From IMG/VR virus record IMGVR_UViG_3300020599_000015, positions 1-36,052 of that record: DNA of 36,052 bases; one strand, given 5' to 3'. The translations under genes were made by a program, and so were the position numbers. The notes under the pieces are model-generated. The model made no database searches. It saw only the letters and a list, made by a program, of their open reading frames with translations, and was not told the origin of the DNA. The stretch is from a virus. Taxonomy: Duplodnaviria; Caudoviricetes. The stretch's first letter is position 1. Every line of letters begins with the position of its first letter. Positions 1 through 6,623 of this stretch are shown piece after piece.

Positions 1-291
1 AATCAATGTCGTGCCGCCGATTGCTGCTTCCAGCCAGTCGAGTGTGCGCAGCGTATCGTCGCTGTTGGAGTGGTGCTGGCCGACTTCTGTCCAGTATTGC
101 GCGGCGGCGGCCTTGAAAGTGAGGGGCTTTCGGGCGTCGAATTGCAAGGCCTTTACGCGCTCGCGCTCGGCTTCCTCGAATTTTTCTGCCTCGCGCTTCG
201 ACGTGCATCCAGTAGAGCCTGAAAATCTCTGGCGTCGATAACGGAAGTCGTAGCTGTAGACCGACTGACCGGGGCGCTTGAAGACCGACAT
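1..291 (-). CDS. int: Tyrosine integrase, N-terminal part (partial, not in ORF track)
   Basis: ATG at 291 after GGAGG; reads MSVFKRPGQSVYSYDFRYRRQRFSGSTGCTSKREAEKFEE...LTFKAAAAQYW, a typical arm-binding N-terminus; open to the window edge. Confidence 0.85.
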   Translation of the reverse strand, partial: MSVFKRPGQSVYSYDFRYRRQRFSGSTGCTSKREAEKFEEAERERVKALQFDARKPLTFKAAAAQYWTEVGQHHSNSDDTLRTLDWLEAAIGGTTLI

Positions 292-467
292 CTGCGGGCC
301 TCCCTGAATTCCGCAAGATCGCTCGGGTCATAGCGGCGTGTTTCACGTTTCGACCCGAGGCCGATATTGATGTATTTGATGGCGCCTGCGCAAGTGAGTG
401 AGCGGAGCTGCTTTTCCGAAATGCTCAATTCCTTGGCGGCTTCTGCCGGTGTGAGGAGCCTGCTCAT
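153..467 (-). CDS. xis: Excisionase-like HTH_17 protein
   Basis: ATG 467 after GGAGG; MSRLLTPAEAAKELSISEKQLRSL...RRYDPSDLAEF; immediately upstream of and overlapping int. Confidence 0.85.
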   Translation of the reverse strand: MSRLLTPAEAAKELSISEKQLRSLTCAGAIKYINIGLGSKRETRRYDPSDLAEFREARRCRSSSAPVSRSTATTSVIDARDFQALLDARRSARQKNSRKPSASA

Positions 468-535
468 TTCGTTGCCTCCAGCCCAAGGCTTTTCAGGAGA
501 TTGGCGCTGTCGGCCCAATTTGCGTGGCCGGTCAC

Positions 536-560
536 GGAACAACCCTCCGGGTGAATCGTT
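536..560 (+). promoter_or_regulatory. sigma-EcfG/RpoE2-type promoter
   Basis: GGAAC-N16-CGTT (536-540, 557-560), 22 nt upstream of the DUF982 start. Confidence 0.7.
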
Positions 561-582
561 GCGGATCGGAAAGGAGGCCGAC

Positions 583-837
583 ATGGCCGACACATCCGCC
601 TGGTGGGACAAGCCCACGAACGTTTTCGTGACCGACAACACGATAGTTGCCGTCACGCGCCTCGGCCGTGCGGTCGAGTTGCTGCTGGGTGATTGGCCGG
701 GCGACGGTCCAGCCTATCTGGAGGCGCGGAAAGCGGCGCTGGAAGCCTATTCGAACCCCGACGATGCTGGAGCGCAGGCCAAGGCCCAAGAAGCTTTTGC
801 GGAAGCCGCGCGGGAGGCCGGGATACTGGCCGATTGA
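583..837 (+). CDS. DUF982 family protein (moron)
   Basis: AGGAGG RBS; WWDKPTNV...AVELLLGDWP..GPAY..AF.EAAREAGIL pattern typical of rhizobial DUF982. Confidence 0.8.
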   Translation: MADTSAWWDKPTNVFVTDNTIVAVTRLGRAVELLLGDWPGDGPAYLEARKAALEAYSNPDDAGAQAKAQEAFAEAAREAGILAD

Positions 838-844
838 TGGGGTG

Positions 845-1054
845 CTAGTCATCCTGTCGCCCCTCCGTGAGTGCGGCGCGGCCGGCAGGGGTGATGCGAT
901 ATCCCTTGCCCGTTCCAAGATACCGGACGAGCCCATTTATGAGGTAGAAAGCTAGATCATCGTCGGCCTTACTCGGTTCAACGCCAGCCCAAATGCCCGG
1001 CTTGCGGATAAGAGCTGTCAGTTCTGATTTTTGGCGGCCTGTCAGCTTAGCCAT
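845..1054 (-). CDS. Small phage protein, winged-helix-like C-terminus
   Basis: MAKLTGRQKSEL...GLV....YRITPAGRAAL; start overlaps the upstream gene. Confidence 0.65.
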   Translation of the reverse strand: MAKLTGRQKSELTALIRKPGIWAGVEPSKADDDLAFYLINGLVRYLGTGKGYRITPAGRAALTEGRQDD

Positions 1055-1229
1055 CCCGAGCCTCCAGAGCTTTGTGAGCGGCGATAAGCAGGGCGATGGC
1101 GGGGCTCGCGGCGCGCCCATCTGGCTCCGCCTCTCCATGGAGTGTTGATGCGCGGCCATCCTCAAAGCCTCTGCGATAAGCAGCCTCGCGGCGGCGGCGC
1201 TGGGATTCGGTGTTGGAGGTCTCAGCCAT
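1047..1229 (-). CDS. Hypothetical phage protein
   Basis: MAETSNTESQ...AYRRGFEDG; overlapping start/stop within the leftward operon. Confidence 0.55.
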   Translation of the reverse strand: MAETSNTESQRRRREAAYRRGFEDGRASTLHGEAEPDGRAASPAIALLIAAHKALEARDG

Positions 1230-1566
1230 TGCCGGCAGCCTCCGCCATTTCCAGATCGAGCGCGGCGAGGATCGCGCGCACTGCCTTGGCGCGCTCCTCT
1301 TCGGCCCTGCGTTTCTGGTTGGGATTGGTTCTGGGATCGTAGATGTCGGCCAGGGCGCGCAGCATTCTGGCGGTGGCGCGTGCATCCAGTTCGGCCAGTT
1401 CCGTAGCCCACACGCCCATGCCGACGATCACGAAACTGGCGCCGGTGGTGCCGATCTCCTTCGCGCCGACCTCGGTTGCGGCCAGCAGCACGGCATGAAC
1501 CGACGCCCTGATGGCCTGGTTCTGCGCCTCGGGGAGCGTGCGGACGGGTTTGCGGGGATCGCTCAT
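1222..1566 (-). CDS. Hypothetical phage protein
   Basis: 114-aa ORF with ATGA coupling to the upstream gene. Confidence 0.7.
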   Translation of the reverse strand: MSDPRKPVRTLPEAQNQAIRASVHAVLLAATEVGAKEIGTTGASFVIVGMGVWATELAELDARATARMLRALADIYDPRTNPNQKRRAEEERAKAVRAILAALDLEMAEAAGNG

Positions 1567-1739
1567 GGCTGCACGCCGATCCAGATCAGGGCCGCGCCCG
1601 TGAGGGCGATGCAGACCAGAAGGCCGAGGAGCCGTTTCTTTTCGCGGGAGAGGACAGGCCGCAGCAGCGGGCCGGCCTCGACGTAGTCGCGCGGCGGCTG
1701 GCGGTGCAGAATGGGCGGGAGGTCGCGGTGCTCGCTCAT
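1563..1739 (-). CDS. Small membrane protein
   Basis: MSEHRDLPP...KKRLLGLLVCIALTGAALIWIGVQP; C-terminal TM segment; ATGA overlaps at both ends. Confidence 0.65.
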   Translation of the reverse strand: MSEHRDLPPILHRQPPRDYVEAGPLLRPVLSREKKRLLGLLVCIALTGAALIWIGVQP

Positions 1740-2047
1740 GACCGGCCCTCGGCTTTGGCGATGGCAGCGTTCAGGCGCTCTTGTACGCCCCAAACGTAAT
1801 CGTCATCACCTCGGCATCCGCAAAGGCTTTCCGCCAGCTTCGCAAGATCGACGCATTCCTTCGCAACCACAAGAAGATCAGGCGCAGCGGCGATAAGGCG
1901 TGCTTCTGCCTCTCCTAGGCTAGGGTAGACGACGATCTCGTCGCCCGTCGCAACCTTGGCGGGATCGTTTGTTTCGACGCCCCATTCTCCCTTGAAGCCG
2001 GCGCTCTCGTATGCGCGCCATTCCGGCGTGTGCTTGATCTCGCTCAT
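1736..2047 (-). CDS. Conserved phage early hypothetical protein
   Basis: KHTPEW...EARLIAAAPDLL...AAIAKAEG motif common in temperate phage early genes. Confidence 0.8.
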   Translation of the reverse strand: MSEIKHTPEWRAYESAGFKGEWGVETNDPAKVATGDEIVVYPSLGEAEARLIAAAPDLLVVAKECVDLAKLAESLCGCRGDDDYVWGVQERLNAAIAKAEGRS

Positions 2048-2130
2048 GCCAGCACCGGGAGCCAGATGGCGGCGGCGGCGAGGAAGGACGCCATGGCCAG
2101 GCCGGAAATCATGTCCTCAAGGAGTTCCAT
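2044..2130 (-). CDS. 28-aa hydrophobic peptide (not in ORF track)
   Basis: MELLEDMISGLAMASFLAAAAIWLPVLA; TGATG overlap with the HNH stop and ATGA overlap with the next gene. Confidence 0.6.
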   Translation of the reverse strand: MELLEDMISGLAMASFLAAAAIWLPVLA

Positions 2131-2468
2131 CAGCGTTGCTCCAGGTTGCGGGAGTTCTGGAACGGGCGGGACTGGAGGCGGTGATTGCCCTCCGGCTTCG
2201 GCCATGTTCCGAGATGCTTGGCGCGCATGCGCTCGGCCTTGCTGATCGCAGGGCGGTCAAAGCGATGCGTCTTGATGGCGTGGCACTTCTTGTGTGCCGG
2301 CCGCAGATTGTCGTCGCTGTCATCCCGGGTGAGAGCCCATGGAATGACGTGCTCGATCTCCCACGCCTGGGTGCGGGTTATCCTGCCTTTGCAGATGTGG
2401 CAGCGATGGCTGGCGGCATCGAGAATGCGTTCACGGTCTTTGCGGGAGAAGCGCTTGCGGGAGGTCAT
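2130..2468 (-). CDS. HNH endonuclease
   Basis: CHIC...EHVIP...DDNLRPAHKKCH. Confidence 0.88.
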   Translation of the reverse strand: MTSRKRFSRKDRERILDAASHRCHICKGRITRTQAWEIEHVIPWALTRDDSDDNLRPAHKKCHAIKTHRFDRPAISKAERMRAKHLGTWPKPEGNHRLQSRPFQNSRNLEQR

Positions 2469-2620
2469 TGAACGCTCCCGATCTGTGAACAGCGGGAACA
2501 ATCTCCGATTTGGAAGGACTTCCTGCCGCAACCGTGCGTCGATTGGCGATGCCGAGTCGCGTTCCCGCGCGACTCGGCACCTGGCATCCCCTTATGACCA
2601 CAACACAAGGAGACGATTTG

Positions 2621-2983
2621 ATGAGAATGTCCGGTTTTGAAATCGAGGATATATGGGCGCCGTCGCGAGAGCCCTTCATTCGAGCCAAGGTCGCGCTGCA
2701 CTTCGAAGACGACTCTTTCGGGGGAGATATGCCCGTCGGCCCCTCGATCAGGGTGGATGTGGCAATCAAACATGACGGCACCGCCACGTACGAAAGACTT
2801 GAGACGGAACTCCTAGCTGCCGCGCGCGATCTTCTGAAATTGGCCATTCAAAAGACCGACGCTCAATCGCCTTCAGCCATTCGGAAAGAAGTTGAAATTT
2901 CCAACCAGGAAGAGGATGCGCGTCGGCAAGAAATAATTGACGCTGCCGTGGCGGAAGAGATGAAAAGTCTGCAACAGACCTGA
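2621..2983 (+). CDS. Hypothetical protein (moron, opposite strand to its operon)
   Basis: AAGGAG RBS; 120 aa; similar to the moron at 26523-26837. Confidence 0.7.
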   Translation: MRMSGFEIEDIWAPSREPFIRAKVALHFEDDSFGGDMPVGPSIRVDVAIKHDGTATYERLETELLAAARDLLKLAIQKTDAQSPSAIRKEVEISNQEEDARRQEIIDAAVAEEMKSLQQT

Positions 2984-3278
2984 CTGTTGCGCCCAGCCAG
3001 ATCGTCAGCGCCTCGTCGGGGGCGCTTTCGAATATCTCGACGACAACTGGCCCGGTTCGTCCATTGCCTGTCATAATGCCGTGCAGGGCTTCTCGCTCTG
3101 CCGTATTCAGATTCCGCCATTTCTGGATGCCGTAGAGCCCGAACAGAATGCCTCTCGGGGCATGGGCCTGCTTGCGGCCGACCGAAAACCCGCAATCCTC
3201 CAGCAGTGCAACGGCACGGCTCTCGGCAACGAAATCACCGGCGTCGGAGAAGGTGAGGCGGATTGCCGAAATCGGCAT
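2766..3278 (-). CDS. Conserved phage hypothetical protein, first gene of the PL operon; C-terminus probably read-through into the moron
   Basis: GFSVG...APRGILFG..IQKWRNL..ER.ALHG.MTG.GR.GPV motif; GGAG RBS. Confidence 0.6.
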   Translation of the reverse strand: MPISAIRLTFSDAGDFVAESRAVALLEDCGFSVGRKQAHAPRGILFGLYGIQKWRNLNTAEREALHGIMTGNGRTGPVVVEIFESAPDEALTIWLGATVRSVADFSSLPPRQRQLFLADAHPLPGWKFQLLSEWLKAIERRSFEWPISEDRARQLGVPSQVFRTWRCRHV

Positions 3279-3309
3279 GGGTGAAACTCCATCGCGGGAA
3301 TGCGATGGG

Positions 3310-3366
3310 ATATGAAAATGCACGCAAATGCGTTCATGTCAAGGAAATGAACGAATATTCGTTTAT
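3310..3366 (-). promoter_or_regulatory. PL promoter with two operators (OL)
   Basis: Minus strand TTGACA(3342-3337)-N16-CATTTT; imperfect palindromes ATGCACGCAAATGCGTTCAT (3318-3337) and ATGAACGAATATTCGTTTAT (3347-3366). Confidence 0.75.
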
Positions 3367-3460
3367 CCGCTTTGCCGCAGGGGCTTCCGCCGCCATCTGC
3401 CTGTCTAGACTCGGCCACTTCACTCTGCTTGGCTTTTTCAGGGCATGGCGGGAGGCTGGC

Positions 3461-3931
3461 GTGAGCTGGAAGCGATACGGGGAGGCGGGCTCAATGCCTC
3501 CGGGGAATTGGGTGAAGGCAACGGCAGTTGAGGAGGTTTACGGCTTAAAATATCGACAGGCTAATGTGCGTGCATTTTGCACCGCGGTTGCTATGGCTGA
3601 ACGAAAGGGGTTGCATTATGGCTTGGCCCTGGCGCCACAGCCTGACAATCCCGATGACCCTTCTGCCATTGCGATCCTGGGACAGGCATTCGAGAAGCGG
3701 TGGTTTCGCTCTGAGCGATTGCGTGAGTGGCACATAGGCTATGTGCGACGACAATTGGCGAAAGAGATTTATGAGGAGTTTCTCTCGAAAAGCATTCCCA
3801 TAGCAAGCCAGCTTCGGAATATCTATGAAAGCGGAAGATATATCGAAATCAACTATTTCGTCCTCGCCCCTCCCGGCAACAGCTTCAGTAGTCGCGTCAG
3901 GCAAGGGCGAACCAAGCGAAGGGAAGAATAA
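3461..3931 (+). CDS. HIRAN-domain protein (immunity-region moron)
   Basis: GTG after GGAGG; V.GL.YR...L.PQPDNPDDPSAIAI...HIGYVRRQLA matches HIRAN motifs. Confidence 0.75.
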   Translation: MSWKRYGEAGSMPPGNWVKATAVEEVYGLKYRQANVRAFCTAVAMAERKGLHYGLALAPQPDNPDDPSAIAILGQAFEKRWFRSERLREWHIGYVRRQLAKEIYEEFLSKSIPIASQLRNIYESGRYIEINYFVLAPPGNSFSSRVRQGRTKRREE

Positions 3932-4015
3932 AATTACGGCTTCTTGACCGCACTTTCGTTCGGTGCTTTCATGAACGAAAAGGGAACGGGCGGGGCATGG
4001 AAGAGCTTGAAGATA

Positions 4016-4378
4016 TTATCCGTCTGTGGTCCCGTCTGCCGCTTCATCGGCGCTTGGCGGCCTTAGAGCGGGCTCGGTATCTGCTTCGGAGCGAAGGTAG
4101 TCTATTAACTTTTGACGAGTCTCCGGCTTCATCTGGGATGCCAAACGTAGCAACTCCTCAAAATCAGCAGTCATAGGGGATCCGGTGATGATGTAGGTGG
4201 GGCTGACTCTGAGTGTATTCAGCAGCTTTATGAGTTTTTCGGCAGTCGGCCCGCGGCTGTTTGGTGCAATTAGCTGGTTGACATAATTTGGACCAAGTCC
4301 CGCATCCAGGCTGATAGCCCTGAGGGACCGGCCGTCGTTTTGTATGGCTTCGATAAGCCGCTCACGCCACTTTTCCAT
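4016..4378 (-). CDS. CI-like XRE repressor without an S24 peptidase domain
   Basis: MEKWRERLIEAI..GRSLRAISLDAGLGPNYVNQLI...PT.EKLIKL HTH; divergent from cro. Confidence 0.85.
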   Translation of the reverse strand: MEKWRERLIEAIQNDGRSLRAISLDAGLGPNYVNQLIAPNSRGPTAEKLIKLLNTLRVSPTYIITGSPMTADFEELLRLASQMKPETRQKLIDYLRSEADTEPALRPPSADEAADGTTDG

Positions 4379-4396
4379 GGTCAATGAACTAGCACG

Positions 4397-4463
4397 ACGA
4401 ACGCATCTGCGTGTAAACGAAGTTGCGGGTGCTTGACGTAACCGCAAATGCGTGCATTTTAAT
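4397..4463 (+). promoter_or_regulatory. OR operators (three) and PR promoter
   Basis: ACGCA-tc-TGCGT (4401-4412), ACGAA-gt-TGCGG (4417-4428), CCGCA-aa-TGCGT (4442-4453); TTGACG(4433)-N16-CATTTT. Confidence 0.75.
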
Positions 4464-4467
4464 TTGC

Positions 4468-4698
4468 ATGTGCAATCTCCTTTCAGAAATCGAGCGGTTT
4501 CTTTGTGAGACCGGAATGGGCGAATATCGGTTCGGCCTCCTTGCTGCGAAGAATGGGCGCCTCATTGAGCGAATGCGGGCTTCCGGCAGGAATGGCAGGC
4601 CGGGACGGGTATGGCCGGAGACGGAGGATAAGATTCGGCGCTTCATGGCCGAGGAGAGGGAGCGCCGATCCTTGGTAGTAAAGGAGGCAGCCGAATGA
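4468..4698 (+). CDS. Cro-like repressor
   Basis: LLSEIERFLCETGMGEYRFGLLAAKNGRLIERMR...T.DKIRRFM, a typical alphaproteobacterial prophage Cro. Confidence 0.85.
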   Translation: MCNLLSEIERFLCETGMGEYRFGLLAAKNGRLIERMRASGRNGRPGRVWPETEDKIRRFMAEERERRSLVVKEAAE

Positions 4699-4893
4699 AT
4701 TCGCCAGCCTTCGACCACGCTATTGCAGATCACGGCCTTACCGCTGTGCGCCGGATGAGCGCCGCCGGGGTTCCGATCCTGCCGCACCCACCAGTTCTTG
4801 TCCGTTGCTGTATACAGAGTGCAGCGGACGTTTCCGTGCCGGGCGAGGGTGTTCCCTCCCGCCCATCGTCCGGCACGGCTCCCGATTTCCTGA

Positions 4894-4971
4894 CGCAGGG
4901 TAGCGCAGCAGCGGAAGCGCGCGCGGCTCATAACCGCGAGGTCGCCGGTTCGACTCCGGCCCCTGCAACCA
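4894..4971 (+). tRNA. tRNA-Met(CAT), initiator-like but atypical
   Basis: Full cloverleaf: acceptor CGCAGGG/CCCTGCA with C1xA72, D stem GCGC/GCGC, anticodon stem CGCGG/CCGCG with loop CTCATAA, T arm GCCGG-TTCGACT-CCGGC, encoded CCA. Confidence 0.92.
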
Positions 4972-5198
4972 ATTCCGTAGCGAAAGCCTCCGAGGACAAC
5001 GGTCGGATCAGCGCCACGATGGGCGGCCCGATGGCGGGAGAGGTGAGTAGGGATAGCGATGCGGCTGATCGCCAGCGGCCCTCGCTTTCCGGCTTTACTG
5101 GCGACGATGACGGACGGGATGTTGAAGCCGCTGGTGGAGCAGCGTCCGTCATCACCAATTCCCCATCGGCCTTGACCGGGGCCGAGACCGCGCAGGCT

Positions 5199-5450
5199 AT
5201 GCCCCACCGCCTTCCCGAGCCTGCCGGCGCAGTCACCTTCTCCGACGCCACGATGTTCATCCTCAGTCTGATCGCTGCCCATGAGGGCAGGCCGGCCGGT
5301 GACATCGTGGCTGAGCTTGTTGCCGCCGCCGGTGAAGCCATCGGCCTTTCCCCCTTGCTGACGCATCCCGCGAGCGAGATCGGCGACCTTGCCGGTCTGC
5401 CGAACTACGCGCGGCGCGCCGCCAACCGCTATCGGAGTGGTGTGCCATGA
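5199..5450 (+). CDS. Hypothetical protein (probable real part of ORF 4695-5450)
   Basis: Protein-like only after ATG 5199 (VTFSDATMFILSLIAAHEGRPAGDIVAELV); the upstream part overlaps the tRNA and hairpins. Confidence 0.45.
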   Translation: MPHRLPEPAGAVTFSDATMFILSLIAAHEGRPAGDIVAELVAAAGEAIGLSPLLTHPASEIGDLAGLPNYARRAANRYRSGVP

Positions 5451-5575
5451 GTGCATTTGCCTGCGGGCCTCCGTGAGGAAGTAACGCCCGCACACTGAAC
5501 AATCTGAACCGGTCCCTCCATGGGATTTTTCGGCGGTTTGTCCCGCCGCAGGATTTTTGTTGCCGCGAGACAGCC

Positions 5576-6049
5576 ATGACGCCAGCGCAATTGCAGCTTC
5601 TCAAGCATGCCCAGAACGAAATCATCAGCCTGTGCGGCGGCCTCGATGCCGTGGCTGCGCGCGTCAACTATGGCCGCAGTACGGTCGGCCGCTGGTCTGA
5701 TGTCGGCCATCCAGCGCTGATGCCCTATCCCGCCATCGTGACGCTGGAGGCGGTCGAAGGCGTGCCGCCGGTGATGACTGCCGCCATGGCGGCGATAGCG
5801 GGCGGACGGTTCGTTTCGGACAGTTCCGGGGCGGCCGGCAAGTGCATCATGAGCGCGTTTGCAGAGACCTTCGTGGCTTCCGGCGAGCTTACCGGCGCAT
5901 TCGCCGCCGCCATATCTGACGGCAAGCTCACCCCGAATGAGATTTCCAGCCTCGATCAGCTGCTCGCGGATCTGATCCGCAAAATGACTGCCGGTCGCAC
6001 TTCGCTGGCCGAGGCGCGCGCCGCCGGCGGGCTCAAGGTGGCGTCGTAA
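5576..6049 (+). CDS. CII-like phage regulatory protein
   Basis: CGGLDAVAARVNYGRSTVGRW...MP...I..LE...P.MT; DGKLTPNE; position downstream of cro. Confidence 0.75.
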   Translation: MTPAQLQLLKHAQNEIISLCGGLDAVAARVNYGRSTVGRWSDVGHPALMPYPAIVTLEAVEGVPPVMTAAMAAIAGGRFVSDSSGAAGKCIMSAFAETFVASGELTGAFAAAISDGKLTPNEISSLDQLLADLIRKMTAGRTSLAEARAAGGLKVAS

Positions 6050-6303
6050 TGCGCTCCATCCACGATATGATCGCCGGCCAAAATGCGCCGATCTCTCCCG
6101 AGGCGGACCCTCGGGGCTTCGCCCTGGCCGATCTCGACCGCGCCGAATGCCGCTTTCCGGTGGGTGAGCGTGCCGGCCGCGTGATGTTCTGTGGCGCGGC
6201 AGTGGACGCCTGGATGCCGGGATTTCCCCATGGCTGCTATTGCTCCCACCATCGTGCCTATCTGCGCGGACAGCCCAATGTGCAGCAAGAGGAACTGGCG
6301 TGA
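6049..6303 (+). CDS. GcrA C-terminal-domain-only protein
   Basis: L.DL...ECRFPVG....MFCGA....YCSHH matches the Cys/His C-terminal domain of GcrA; no N-terminal HTH. Confidence 0.75.
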   Translation: MRSIHDMIAGQNAPISPEADPRGFALADLDRAECRFPVGERAGRVMFCGAAVDAWMPGFPHGCYCSHHRAYLRGQPNVQQEELA

Positions 6304-6623
6304 TGGCTGCCGCCGCCATCACTGTTTCCCTGCGCGTGCCGCCGAAGGTCTATCAGCGCCTGCACGAGTTCGCGAAGGCGCGCGGATACACCGCTACGGC
6401 CTATGCCCATCTGCTGTTCGAGGCGGCATTTGCCGCGCGCGTGGGCCAGGAGCGCGGTGACCCGATAACCGACGCCGAGCTTGATGAGCAGGTTCGGCTG
6501 GTTTTCGCCTGCGCGGGGCAGGGCGACACCAGTGCGATTTCCAAAGCGACCGGCCTGCCTGAACCGCGTGTGATGCGGATTCTCGATGCACTTCGCGAGC
6601 GGAAGCGGGGTTTTCGCAGATGA
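6303..6623 (+). CDS. Ribbon-helix-helix-like DNA-binding protein
   Basis: ITVSLRVPPKVYQRLHEFAKARGYT; TGATG coupling. Confidence 0.65.
   Translation: MAAAAITVSLRVPPKVYQRLHEFAKARGYTATAYAHLLFEAAFAARVGQERGDPITDAELDEQVRLVFACAGQGDTSAISKATGLPEPRVMRILDALRERKRGFRR

Noticed and set aside
4386-4402. Possible LexA box GAAC...GAAC before cI
   Set aside because: Spacing is N9 rather than N7 and overlaps an operator
4894-4971. tRNA as the prophage attachment site
   Set aside because: It is internal to the early-right operon, far from either end, and no duplicate 3' fragment was seen
4695-5198. N-terminal two thirds of the 251-aa ORF as an ordinary CDS
   Set aside because: Overlaps a complete tRNA and several hairpins, and the translation is low-complexity; kept only as a finding
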